Shown: positions 47,270-64,000 of the stretch, piece by piece
Layout: every line of letters starts with the position of its first letter
Position numbering within the stretch: the first letter of the stretch is position 1
NCBI RefSeq assembly: GCF_009914755.1
Contig: NC_060928.1
Direction: 5' to 3' (one strand)
Origin: the human T2T-CHM13v2.0 reference genome, Homo sapiens
Length of the DNA stretch: 64,000 bases
The notes under the pieces: model-generated
What the model was told of the DNA's origin: nothing
What the model saw: only the letters and a program-made list of their open reading frames with translations
The model's database searches: none
Program-made: the position numbers and the translations under genes

Positions 47270-47515
<246 letters not shown>

Positions 47516-48100
47516 CATAGCAGGATGTATCATGGGTTAATCATTTTAACATCTATTATTTTTGGGACATCCTTATTGTCAAAATTGGTTGACAGCGTAT
47601 TTTGAGAGTGGAAGCCATGGTTAAGTGAATGGTTCACATACCCATAATTTATTTCTTACAACCCTACAAGTTATGTTTGTTCATCCCTGTGTTCCTTTTT
47701 TTTCCTTTTTTTTTTTTTTTTTTTTGAGACAAAGTCTCTTTCTGTTGCTCAGGCTGGAGTGCAGTGGCGTAATCTCAGCTCATTGCAACCACTGCCTCCC
47801 GAGTTCAAGTGATTCTTGTGCCTCAGCCCCCTGGAGTAGGTGGGATTACAGGCGTGGGCCACCACGCCTGGCTAATTTTTGTATTTTAGTAGAGACGAGG
47901 TTTCACCATGTTGGCCAGGCTGGTTTTGAACTCCTGTCGTCAGGTGATCCACCTGCCTTGGCCTCCCAAAGTGCTGGGATTACAGGCATGTGTCACCGCA
48001 CCCGGTCTATCCTTGTGTTCTTAAGGTAGAACTACGTGGCTGGGCGCAGTGGCTCACGCCTGTAATCGCAGTACTTTGGGCGGCCGAGGCGGGTGGATCA

Positions 48101-48378
<278 letters not shown>

Positions 48379-48692
48379 TTAAAAGTTTCTTTTTACACAG
48401 AAGGTGTATTTGCAATGTTTAATTCAGTGTTTATTAAAACAACAAACAATGAGTAACATCTTACTGGCTTCCCTCTATTATGACATCTAACCACCAGTTT
48501 AAATTTACTAAAGACTAGCTGGGCACAGTGGCTCACGCTTGTAATCCCCGCACTTTGGGAGGCCAAGGCAGGTGGATCACCTGAGGTCAGGAGTTCAAGA
48601 TCAGCCTGGTCAACATGGTGAAACCCCATCTCTACTAAAAATGCAAAAATTAGCCAGGTGTTGTGGTGAGCACCTGTAGTCCCAGCTACTCA

Positions 48693-48911
<219 letters not shown>

Positions 48912-49976
48912 TTATTTTTATTTTTTTATTTGAGAGAGAGCGTCTCACTCTGTTGCCCAGTCTGGAGTCAGTGGCTTGATCTCAGCTCACTGCAGCCTCA
49001 ACAGCCCCCGGCTTAAATGATCCTCCCACCTCCACCTCCTGAGAAGCTGGGACTACAGGCATATGCCACCATGCCGGCTAATTTTCTTTATTATTTGTAG
49101 AGACAAGTTCTCACTGTGTTGCCCAGGCTGGTCTCAAACTCCTGGGCTCAAGCAATCTGCCCTCCTCGGCCTGCCAAAGTGCTATGATTACAGGTGTGAG
49201 CCACCATGCCCGGCCCTGATTCTACTTGTACAGAGAGATCTGAGATAGCATAAGCCAGCATTTTTAGATAAGCCACTGTATTCATTATGTGTGCAGTTCT
49301 TTACAACTGTAACGGAGGTGGGCGGATTACTTGGGCTCAGGGCGGATTACTTAGGCAACCAGCCTGGCCAACGTGGCAAAACCCTGTCTCTACCAAAAAA
49401 TACAAAAATTAGCCGGGCATGGTGGTGCATGCCTGTAGTCCCAGATACCTGGGAGGCTGAGGCGGGAGCATTGCTTGAACCCCGGGGGGTAAATGTTGCA
49501 GTGAGCTGAGATCACACCACTGCAGATCCTGGGCGACAAAGCTAGACCCCGTCTCAAAAAAAAAGAATACGTCTTAACGTTTTGGATTTGTTTGAAAATG
49601 TTCTTCGTTCTTGGGCCTGTGAGCCTGCTGTATTAATAGCCTTGCTATTTGTCTCAACTGATTCACTTATTAGAATATCACTTGAGTTGAAGACACTTGT
49701 AGTCGGCCAGTGTCTCTTGGTGTCCCAGAACCAATAACTGACTCTAGAAAGCAGGAAGCCGTGAGAGCAACAAATGTCCCCCAAATGGCTATCTGCTTGC
49801 TTGGTGTCCACTGGACCCTTGTGTTGTATTTTGCTTAATTTTAAATCTTTTAAAAATGTAAGCTGCTTTTTGTGCTGTCCTCTCCTGTTTCATGACCAGC
49901 CACAGCAGTAATAGCACTGATAGCAGTAATAGGCATAGGAATTTTCTTTCTTTCTTTCTTTTTTTTTTTTTTTTGA

Positions 49977-50081
<105 letters not shown>

Positions 50082-50486
50082 TGAGTAGCTGCGACTACAA
50101 GCATGCATCACCACGCACGGCTAATTTTTGTATTTTTTTTTTTTTTTTTTTTAGTAGAGATGGGGTTTCTCCATATTGGCCAGGCTGGCCTCAAACTCCT
50201 GACCTCAGGTGATCCGCCCTCCCAAAATGCGGGGATTACAGGTGTGAGCCACCGCGCCCAGCTGCATTTTCTGTCTTAATCCTGCACCTTTTGGGTGTTT
50301 TCCTCATCTGCAGGGCATGCCTGCGTGTATGCACGTGCGGGCACACACACGCGCGTGCACCTTTAAATTCTTCACTGAGGCTTGCTGGAGTTCTGTCTCT
50401 GGTGGGTAGATGGCTTACAGCAGGCAGCGCAAGATCCGTCCACCCCATTCAGATAAAGACAGGGATTTCAGGGCCGTGGTCCCTCA

Positions 50487-51652
<1,166 letters not shown>

Positions 51653-52451
51653 TTTCCCCCGGCCCTTTTATAGGAGAACCCTTAATCCTAAAGGTTGCAG
51701 GGGGATTAAGATCTATCTTCTGTAACTTCTTCAGGCTGAATAGGGGGCGAAGATATTTCTGCCTAACTATGAGGGTCTCTTGCTAATTAGGGTAGAGAGG
51801 AGCTCAGTCAGAAAGCATCAGTATGGTAAGGTCCATTCATAACTCTTGAGTTTTGACAAAAGGTGATATCTGGAAGATTAGTGTTTAAGAAAATATTTAG
51901 TAAGCTTGTCCTGTATTCCTACACAAAGAGTATAACAGCAATATATTGCACAAGAGTAAAGCAAAATAAGTAAAGTTATTCCAAGTAAACTAAATTAGAA
52001 GGCTTTTCATGAACTGGGCAACTGTTGGAACTAAGCTGATACAGGGTTGTTAGCTGATTGTAATGTGTCCAGAATAAGAATATTGATCCAGATTTTTACA
52101 TTACCCATCCTCTTGTTTCTTCAGAGCAGCAGTCAGAGATTACTGCTTGGTTCACAGGAATAAGCAACGTTAGCCTAAATCGCAGAAACAAACTTAAAAA
52201 TAACTAATGAGACTAGAATTTAATAACAAGTGTAGCATAGTTCTTGAAACATAATATTTCTCTCCAGTTTCCTATTTTTACTAAAGAGAAATCATGATAA
52301 GACTGATTTGCTTTATTATACTTGGCCTGATTATATGTATAAAGTGCAGCAAGAATAATTATTTTTTACATAAGCTCTTTTTAAATTGGCTTTGATGGAA
52401 CTCTGTTCCATAGAAGGAATTTCAGATAAGACTTTTTTTCTTTTTGCTATT

Positions 52452-52494
<43 letters not shown>

Positions 52495-52821
52495 ATTCAT
52501 TCAACTGTTTGCTCAGAGAGAAACCAGAAATCTGACTGGTAAGAAATTCTTATCTTTTTCCCGGGATGCCAGGCTTCTGGGTTCCCTTTCCCTGAGTGGC
52601 CCTAGTGATGTGGCTTGTGGCACCATCGCCCTGGGGGCCAAGCAGCATCATAAAGGTAAATTTTTTTTTTGTTCTGGCTAGAGCAAAATATGTGTGATAA
52701 AACATAGACATTAGCCATTCTGCTTAGCACCCAATATCAAACTGGCAAGGCTTAAATTTGCCCCTAGATGGACCCTGTCATCTTTTTTTCTCTTCTTTCT
52801 TTCCTTTTTTTTTTTTTTTGA

Positions 52822-52923
<102 letters not shown>

Positions 52924-53959
52924 TGAGTAGCTGGGATTACAGTCACGTGCCACCATGCCTAGCTAATTTTTGTATTTTTAGTAGAGACAGGGCTTTACCA
53001 TGTTGACCAGGCTGATCTCGAATGCCTGACCTCGTGATCCACTCGCCTTGGCCTCCCAAAGTGCTGGGATTACAGGTGTGAGCCACCGCGGCCGGCAACC
53101 CTGTCATCCTTAATCCAGCCTCCGACTTGGAGTTTCAACACATGGACTCTGGGCAATATGGTTGCCCTGAGTAGCAGAAAAGATTAAAAAGAAAAAAAAA
53201 AGGGAAAGGAGAGAGAAAAAAGCATTGCCTGTGGCAGGGTGGGGAAGGCAAAATGCTCAGAGAGGCCAGAGAAAGACCCACCCATTGCAGCAACACTGAA
53301 AAGTTCAGGTGTCTGCGGCTGCTGTCATGAAGGTATCTTTTCCGGCAGTCGCATCAGCTCTCAAGTTTCCCCTTATAGGGAGGAAAAAGCTCCCCATGAC
53401 CCACGATCCTGTACATACCTAATCCTGTCACCCACAGCCATCAGCAAAGAATGCAAGGCAGATTAATACAAAGAGCGTAGCCTGCAGTGCCAAACCCCTT
53501 TTAGTTGAGAGGTAGACTTTACTGAGAGGGGTCTCTAACCCCCTAAATCTTAGAAGGGACTCTAACCCGCCGTTAGTCAAGCATCCTTGCCTTTTATTAA
53601 GAGGGGCCTCTAAACTACTCTGTCTTAGGGGAGACTCTAACTCCCCTAAGTTGGGTCTCTAACCCAATCCCATTCTTTACCTGGGTACCCCACCACTTAC
53701 CCAAAGTCGTCCAATCACTGCTGGAGTCTATTTCCTTTGGGTCAGGGGGTCTCCTCGGTATTGCCCCTTTTGTGGTTTGCAAGATAGATGTTACCAGACC
53801 CCACTACTTACCCAATGTTAGCCTTTGGGTCGGGAGTTCCTGCAGTATAGTCACTTCCCTGGTCACCAGAAAGATGTTACAGGACCCCAACATTCACCCA
53901 AAGGTAGCTGTTGGGTCAAGGTTTCTGCACTATAGTCTCTTCTGTGGTCACCAGAAATA

Positions 53960-54822
<863 letters not shown>

Positions 54823-57157
54823 TTCATACCTATGTGGGCAATGTGCCTTGTAGCAGAACCTGGAAAATCTCAAGATATTCCCTGAGACCTATGCAGATCC
54901 CCAGATTTCAAGTCTTGCCAGAATGCTTGATCACTTTCATTAGAGTAAGTGGCCTCTTCAAACTTAATAACCTTGTAAATATATGATGAAATTAATTCAT
55001 AAAGCATTTAAAAATCACCTTTTGGCCAGGTGTGGTGGCTCATGCCTGTAATCCTAGCACTCTGGGAGGCCGAGGTGGGCAGATCACTTAAGGTCAGAAG
55101 TTAGAGACCAGCCTGGCCAACATACTGAAACCTCGTCTCTACTAAAAATACAAAAATTAGCCAGGCATGGTGGTACACGCCTGTAGTCCCAGTTACTCGG
55201 GAGGCTGAGGCAGAAAAATCGCTTGAACGAAGTGGAGGTTGCAGTGAGCCGAGATTGTGCCACTGCACTCCAGCCTGGGCGACAGAGCAAGACTCCATCT
55301 CAAAAAAAAAAATTGGCTTTACACCTTTTTGACCAATGTTTTTTTCATCTTGATAGTTTTTACACTAACTGATGGGGACAGTTCAAGTAGTTTCTTTTTG
55401 GATTTCAACACTATCACATCTCTAGATACCCCAATATAAGATTCTTTTTTTTTTTTTTTTTTGAGATGGAGTCTCGCTCTTTCACCCAGGCTGGAGTGCA
55501 GTGGCGCGATCTTGGCTCACTGCAAGCTCTGCCTCCTGGATTCACACCATTCTGCCTCAGCCCCCCAAGTAGCTGGGACTACAGGCACCCGCCACCGCGC
55601 CCGGCTAATTTTTTGTATTTTTAGTAAAGACGGGGTTTCACCGTGTTAGCCAGGATGGTCTTGATCTCCTGAACTCGTGATCCGCCCACCTCGGCCTCCC
55701 AAAGTGCTGGGATTACAGGCGTGAGCCACTGCACCCAGCCCCAATATAAGATTCTAGTAAAACATGGAGTTGAAGATGGATTTAGGAACAAAGGGACCTC
55801 CTATATGGTTCTCCTTGTTCCCTGCCTCCCCTTCTGTCTCAGTATGGGCCCAGTGTGCTCTGGCAGGACAAGCGGGTGTGGGGAGGGGAGGGATAGAGAT
55901 GCGAAAATGCTGGCAGATGGCCACTGCTAAAAGGGGTTCTGAAATTACTTCCAGCCACACGGCCTCCCCACCTCTCTCCCTGGTTATGGAGCCAGGAAAA
56001 GAAACGAGTTTGTATGGCTTCAGGACCCTCAGCTTGAACTCTGCCTCAAACCCTTGTCCATTTTTCTTTCTTGGAGAGCAGTAGGATACTATTTTGAGAC
56101 ATGAAGGCCCTTCATTTCTGTGTTCTCATTACCTTCCCCATTACAGAGACTTCCCAGGTAGAGGACTTCCTAGGATAGCTTTCTTCTAGTATAAGTACTG
56201 GAGCTAGAGGGAGAGATAGCCCAGAATTGAGTCTGCATGGATTTTTTTTTTCATTGAAATTTACCCAAGTAATATGTACACATTAATAAGTAAAAACAAA
56301 ATATTCCTAAAGGATTTATGATAAAATCAAAAGCTGAAAATCTCTCCCCACTTCTTTGCTCGTCATATAGCAGCTCTGTGTATCAGACTTCTGAGGTAAA
56401 TTTAAATTAGGATAATATTTCTCTTTTTTTCTTTTCTTTTCTTTCTTTCTTTATTTTTTTTAAGACGGAGTTTCATCTTGTTGCCCAGGCTGGAGTGCAG
56501 TGGCGCAATCTTACCTCAACACAACCTCTACCTCCCAGGTTCAAGCGATTGTCCTGCCTCATCCTCCTGAGTAGCTGGGATTACAGGCATGCACTACCAT
56601 GCCCAGCTACTTTTTATATTTTTAGTAGAGATGGGGTTTCACCATGTTGGTCAGGCTGGTCTCGAACTCCTGACCTTAGGTGATCCACCTGCCTCTGCCT
56701 CCCGAAGTGCTGGGATTACAGGCATGAGCCACTGTGCCTGGACTCAGTATTTCTTATTTGATAGATTTATATTGGATTTTTTTTTTTTTTTTTTGAGATG
56801 GAGTCTCACTCTGTCGCCCAGGCTGGAGTGCAGTGGTGCAATCCCGGCTCACTGCAACCTCCACTTCCCAGGTTCCAGGTTCAAGCGAGTCTTCTGCCTC
56901 AGCCTCCTGAGTAGCTGGGACTACAGGCACACGCAACCACACCCAGCTAATTTTTGTATTTTTAGTAGAGGCGGGGTTTCACCATATTGGCCAGGCTGGT
57001 CTCGAACTCCTGACCTCGTGATCCACCCATCTTGGCCTCCCAAAGTGCTGGGATTAAAGGCTTGAGCCACCGTGCCCGGCCTGGATTCACTTTCTATAGG
57101 CCAATTAGATAGCACATTATATTTGTATTTTCTTCAGGGTGATCAACGCCAAAAGCT

Positions 57158-57610
57158 TGTGATGGATTAAAATAGCCACAAATTCCAGTACATGTTTGAA
57201 TCTGTGCTGCCATTGTGACTTGCTTTGACCAATAAATGCAGCAGAAGTGGCACTGTGTGACTTTGAGCTTCGGCCTCCAGAGGCTTTGCAAGCTCTACTC
57301 TCAGGCTTTTTGTGAACACTGTCACCTTGTGAACAAGCTTGAACTAGCCTACTTGAGGATGAGACCCTTGGAAGAGAGAGTGATCAGTGGAAAATGCCTC
57401 ACTTGCTCAGCTGTTACAACCATCTCAGCTGAAACTCCTGTGCGTGAGGTCAGCCTGGCTGTGTGCTGTGTGCAAATGCATGTCGCCACAGAGCAGAAGT
57501 ACCATTGAGCGGAGCCTAGATTAAGTTGCCAAACTAAAGAATGGGAGCAAATAATCGCTTGGTTCAAGTCACCAAGTTTCAGGGTGGTTTGTTATTCAGC
57601 AATAGATGTG
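57158..57610 (+). mobile_element. MLT1-type MaLR LTR
   Basis: GTGACTTGCTTTGACCAAT...GCAGAAGTG and the end motif AAGTTTCAGGGTGGTTTGTTATTCAGCAATAGAT. Confidence 0.7.
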
Positions 57611-57950
57611 GATATAAACCTAATCATGTCCTCAAACCTAGTTAATAAAAAAGAAGCATTTTCAACGAACAAATGAGCAACTGTACCTAGAAGTGACTTA
57701 CTCCATGCCCAACGGGGGAGTTAGTGGGTACATGGGACAGTTACACATTGTTCTCCTTTGTTGAACAGTCTCTTGTCCACGTTCCCATGCTGAAAAATTT
57801 TAACACATTTCTCAGAATTAGCTTTACATAAAGCTTTATTTATCTAATGAAAAAGCTAGTGTTTCAGTAAAATACATCTTTTATCTGGTATTTTAAAGGA
57901 AAGCAGCCCCATTTCTTTAATTTGCCTTCCTGTTGAGTATTTCACCATAG

Positions 57951-58271
<321 letters not shown>

Positions 58272-58865
58272 TAAAGTCGAAGACAGGGAAAAAAAAGATA
58301 AATCTATTTAGGTCAAATGCTAAATGCTGAGCAAAACTTGCAATAATAGAAAGCTTTTAATTGGACAACCCAGTAACTCCTGTTTAGGGAAAGTCAGTAA
58401 GATGTAGCAAGAAACAGGCAACTGGATTGAGAGCTACACAAGTAGGAAAAGCAGGGGCATTTAAACAAGTTCAGGGCCAAATTATCAAATTGGTTTTTGA
58501 GGCTTTTTGATTTGCAAGTAAATGGGGATCACCGGTTCTAATCTCATGAGTAGGATTAGGATGAAAAATTACAGTCTCTTTTCTATGATAGTTTAGTGTA
58601 ATTTTTGGATGTTTGCTTCCCAAATTTTCTGTATATCGAATTTACTATTTTCTTAATCAGAATTGTGGGTAAGGATTTCCATGCATGCTGTGATCTGTCC
58701 GTGGTACTTGGCAAGCTCATCAGCAATGTGAAAGATTCCCAGCCAGCCAGGGAAGCACAGTCCATTTAAAGCCATCTGAGGTGGTGAGAGAGCATGGAAA
58801 TCAAACTGGGATACCTGTTTTGGTTTGGGCAGCAGTGCTGAAGTAAGACAGCAAGGGCACAGCAC

Positions 58866-58868
<3 letters not shown>

Positions 58869-58920
<52 letters not shown>
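58869..58920. repeat. (AC)26 microsatellite
   Basis: Perfect dinucleotide run. Confidence 0.97.
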
Positions 58921-58923
<3 letters not shown>

Positions 58924-59879
58924 TCTGAGACAAATGCTCAGGGAGAAATTATATATGGTAGAATTCAAAGGAAGCCAGAAGGAGATTAAGTGGTAGTTGT
59001 CCAGAATTCCCGAGAGAATTGTGCTATTATCTTTGAAGGTCTTCAAAGTAGGTTTCCTTCCTAAGGTTGAAAAATTCTCACCTTTAGATTTGTTGATGGG
59101 TTTTAGTATATAGAGGAATTACTGTGCAGTGGTTGAAGACATGGATATTGATGGAACTGTTCTTTTTTTTCTTTTTTTTGAGATGGAGTCTCACTCTGTT
59201 GCCCAGGCTGGAGTGCAGTGTTGTGATCTTGGCTCACTGCAACCTCTGCCTCCCGCGTTCAAGGGATTCTCCCTGCCTCAGCCTCATGAGTAGCTGGGAT
59301 TACAGGTACCCGCCACTATGCCTGGTTAATTTTTGTATTTTTAGTAGAGACGTGGTTTCACCATCTTAGCCAGGCTGGTCTTGAACTCCTGACCTCATGA
59401 TCCACCTGCCTCAGCCTCCCAAAGTGCTGGGATTACAGGCCACTGTGCCCGGCCAGAACTGTTCTATATTGTGATTATGGTGGTCATTAAACAAACATAT
59501 ACGTGTGATAAAATCCATAGAACTGTACATGAAAACAAAGTCTGTTATAATTAAAAACCCCAGGCTGGGCACACGGTGGCTCACACCTGCAGTCCTAGCA
59601 CTTTGGGAGGCCAACTCAGGAAGATCGCTTGAGCACAGGGGTTTGAGACCAGCCTGGGAAATATAGTGAGACCTTGTTTCTACAAAAAATTAAAAAATTA
59701 GTTGAGTGCGGTGGCGTGTGCCTGTAGTCCAGCTACTTGGGTGGCTGACATGGAAGGATTGCTTGAGCCTGGGAGGTGGGTGCCATAGTGAGCTGAGACT
59801 GTGTCACTGCACTCTAGCCTGGGTGACAGAGTGAGAACCTTTTTCAAAATAAAACAACGAAGCCCCACATGAGTTCTGG

Positions 59880-60090
59880 AGATAGAGTGCCTGGGTTTGT
59901 TTGAATCACAGCTCCATCACTTATTAGTTAGATCCTGGGTAAGTTATTTGTGCCTCAGTTTCCTCATCTGTAAATGTGGGTAATAATAGTATTTCTGCAT
60001 GGGGTTGCTGTAAGGATTCAGTTAATATATGTAAAGCACTTGAAAGAGTGCCTGGCTCATTTTATTACTATATAAGTGATAGCTATTATT
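59880..60090. mobile_element. MIR element
   Basis: Core GGGTAAGTTATTTGTGCCTCAGTTTCCTCATCTGTAAATG...GTAAAGCACTTGAAAGAGTGCCTGGC. Confidence 0.8.
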
Positions 60091-60383
60091 ATTATTATTA
60101 TATAAGTATAAAGGAGTAAAAAGATATATGGGCTATCATATGATTATAGCAACTACGAGTAATCTGAAGTCTGAAATACAACAACCATGAGGTACTGGCT
60201 TTATGCAGGAAAGGAAGAAACTCTATAAGAGGTTAGTGTAAATGCTACTAAGCAAATTTAAGTTTGCTCTTTCCCTATTTTCCAGGGAAGGCAAAAACCA
60301 AGCAAACAAAAAAATCCTCTCACTCTATTGATTCATTCATTGAATGTCTGCTATTTTCTTTTTCTTTTCTTCTTTTTTTCTGA

Positions 60384-60533
<150 letters not shown>

Positions 60534-62469
60534 TGAGACGGGGTTTCACTATGTTGGCCAGGCTGGTCTCAAACTCCTGACCTCGTGATCCACCTGCCTC
60601 GGCCTCCCAAAATGCTGGGATTACCGGGGTGAGCCACCACGCCCAGCCATGCCTGCTATTTTCTAGGGCTTACTGAAAGGTTAGAAAGGATCTTGGCAGT
60701 CTTTCACTTCCATATATTTCACTTCCAATATCACCTGACACGTGATGATGTATTCTCTAACGTGTCTGCTTGTTTTGTGTATGTGTGACCTCAGTTTTTT
60801 CCAATTTACCACAGCTACCAGGTAGAGGTACTGACGGTGTCTGTGATTAAGCATCATACTATTACAGCATCTACCAATAAGAATATTAAGACCAAATAAA
60901 TTCTCCCACTAGATTGACTACACAGTAGGTAAATTCGGAGAATTATTTGCGAAGCCAAAAGCAGCTTTTGAAAGCAGGAACCTGGGAATCCAAGCAGTGG
61001 GTGTTTTGAGGATGATCCAGATACACTTAGGAGTATTCAGATCATGAAACTCCATGACATGAAGGGAAAAGGTGAGGCATCACTGCAATATGATGTTAAA
61101 ATAGTAATCTTGGCCTGGTGTGGTGGCTCACACCTGTAATCCCAGCACTTTGGGAGGCTGAGGTGGGAGGATTGGTGAAGCTAGGAGTTTGAGACCAGCC
61201 TGGGCAACAAAGTGAGACCCTGTCTCTACAAAAATAAAAAATTTAGCTGGGTGTGGTGGCACCTGCCTATAGTTCCAGCTACTCGGGTGGCTGAGGCGGG
61301 AGTATCACTTGAGCCCAGGAGGTCAAGGCTGCGTTGAGCTGTGATTACACCACTACACTCCAGCCTGGGCAGCCGAGTGAGACCCTGTCTCTGAAAAAAT
61401 AAAACAACAACAACAAAACAAAAAACAAAAAAACCTATCTTGAACCATTCCCCTCTCACGACAAGGTCTTAATGGGGGCAGATAATATGACAGAGAGACA
61501 TTCAGAGCAGGCAGAGGTGTCATCGATTTGATTCACGAGTCTGAAATCTTGTTTTTAATGTTTAAGCATTACTCTTTGACAATTGAGAGAAAACAATCCC
61601 CCTGGGAGGAGGAAAGTGGCCAAAAGAAAATGGAACAGCTGAGAAAGAATGGAAATGATTCTAATGCTCCACGACACAGAGCCAAGTGGGAGGGAAGCCA
61701 GGGTAAATGATCCGAGCCCGTCTATGAAACAGCCCGCCTCAGCTTGCGCGCTGGGTGCTTACTCAGTGAAGCAATAACAACTCTGTCATGGCTGACACAG
61801 CTGGAGCTCCTCCATGTTAGTCAGCTGCAGGAAACCAGCCTATGTCCATTGTGCAAGAAGAGTCTGAACACTAGAGACACAGGCACACAAGATTGCATCT
61901 CTACTCCGCTTCTCCTTGGTTGTTATGGGAAGTGAGTGTCTCAAGTTAAATAAACTAGACTCTGGGGAACTATACAGTAAAGACTTAGTGATCGGCACAG
62001 CTTGGCATTTATGGTGATTAAAGATACAAAACATATTACAACTTTAATTTGTCTTAGTAACTTTGAAGAAGATGTTGTTATTTTAGTTTAATTAGAGGGG
62101 GGAAAGCAGAGGGATTACGTGTAACTTTTTAAAATAAAACTTTGAACCTAATATCACATAAAAGTCAAAAAGTACTTTGATGGAATTTATTTTACTTCTT
62201 TTGGGTGTCATGAATACAAAAGAGGTGACATGCTCAACACCACAGTGCTGCAGAGCCAGGTAAACAATCTAGAATAAACTTGCTTCATTGTTTTCTAGCA
62301 ACCCCTAACCACCTCTGTGATCTGTGGAAGTGAGGAGTTGGTACTTTGCCCTTAATTTCTCCTCCCGTTCCTGGCCAGAAGAGCCCACTAATTCTTGTAC
62401 CCTGTCATAGTGTAAGTGACTACTGATTCAAAAGATGTCGTTATATTCAGATTAATGGATAAAGAAGTA

Positions 62470-62786
62470 CAGTTATGTATCGCATAATGACTTCTTGGTC
62501 AGCAATGGGCCACATATACAGCCGTAGTCTGGTAAAATTATAATGGAGTCAGAAAATACCTATTGCCTAATGATTTGTGTTACAATTGCCTACAGAATTC
62601 AGTACAGCAACATGTTGTACAGGTTTGTAGCCTAGGAGCCATAGGCTATACCATACAGCCTAGGTGTAGAGTAGGCTATACCATCTAGGTTTGTGTAAAT
62701 ACACTTTATGATGTTTGTCCAAAGATGAAATTGCCTAACGATGCATTTCTTAGAACACATCCCTGTTGCTAAGCAATGCACTACTG
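62470..62786. mobile_element. Tigger3 (Golem/MER7)-like DNA transposon
   Basis: CAGTTATGTATCGCATAATGAC start, internal GTAGCCTAGGAGCCATAGGCTATACC, end TAAGCAATGCACTACTG. Confidence 0.75.
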
Positions 62787-63447
62787 CACCAATACAGTAA
62801 TGGAACTTTCTTAAAGGAAAATCTACTAGGAAACACTTGATCCTAGCAGTGATCCTAGGCTGCATTAAATTGGAGGTACAATATGGAATAAATTAATACC
62901 AGATCCCAGTAGAAGTCCTCAACTAATTCTAGGCATAGAGCATCTTTCTCACTCTTTTTGCTGGCTTTCTTTCCTGCTTTTTTTTTTTTGAGATGGAGTC
63001 TTGCTCTGTCACCCAGGCTGGAGTGCAGTGGTGCAATCATGGCTTACTGCAGCCTCAACCTCCCAGGCTCAAGGGATCTTCCCACCTCAGCCTCCTGAAT
63101 AGCTGAGACTACAGGTGGGTGTCACCATGCCCAGCTAAATTAAATTTTTTTTTTTGTAGAGACAGGGTCTTAACTATGTTGCCAGGGCTGGTCTTGAATG
63201 CCTGGCTTCAAGGGATCCTCCTGCCTTGGCCTCCCAAAGTGTTTGGATTATGGGTGTGAGCCCTGTTTTCTGAAATACATTTTCTTAAGTTGTCAGGGTG
63301 ATAGTAGTCAGTTTTTAGATTGTTTCTCCACAAAGGCCCAGTTCACCCTTTGCTGGCTTTCTTTCCTGCCTGTTTTTTGTTTTAATTCTACCTAAATATC
63401 CTGGCCTAAGCTCTGAACTGTGAACTCCTGTTTTCAACCATAGGTAG

Positions 63448-63747
<300 letters not shown>

Positions 63748-63857
63748 TGAGCCACCGCACCCAGACACAATTTTAACTTATAAAATAAATGGTATTTCAT
63801 TCCCTCCAAAATAAAAACTAGAAATCAACTGCCAATCAATTTTCTCCATTTGGGAAG

Positions 63858-63876
63858 CTGCCGCCCTCTAGAGGTA
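63858..63876 (-). promoter_or_regulatory. CTCF motif
   Basis: - strand TTACCTCTAGAGGGCGGCAG fits the CCNCYAGRKGGCRS core. Confidence 0.6.
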
Positions 63877-64000
63877 ATATGATGTTGGGGGCACTTTCCA
63901 GTTGTCACCAGGACTGACAGCAGAGGGAGTTGCTACTGCATTTAGTGTCTGGGATGAGAGATACCAGACATAATGAAATGCAGTTTTTTTGTTTTTTTTT

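Overview
Human (primate) genomic DNA containing the complete REST/NRSF gene on the + strand. It has a CpG-island promoter with non-coding first exon(s) (~11.3-12.8 kb) and coding exons at 14054-14960, 23204-23287 and 33252-35563, which splice to 1097 aa with 9 C2H2 zinc fingers. The neural alternative exon N lies at 31030-31091, and the ~3.7 kb 3'UTR ends near 39255. Flanks and introns 2-3 are very Alu-dense, and nearly all short ORFs in the track are Alu-derived. Downstream is an internally deleted MER41A-type ERV1 provirus on the - strand (50576-54822) with both LTRs, PBS, PPT and TSD. I found no new protein-coding system. The best leads are regulatory: non-canonical RE1-like sites inside REST, an AG|GTGAGA recursive-splice-like site at the last exon, truncating splice events that converge on one stop codon, inverted Alus bracketing exon N, uORFs, a perfect Sox-Oct element, and independent Alu insertions at the same site in both LTRs. 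Repeat family names and literature links are from recall and were not computed.
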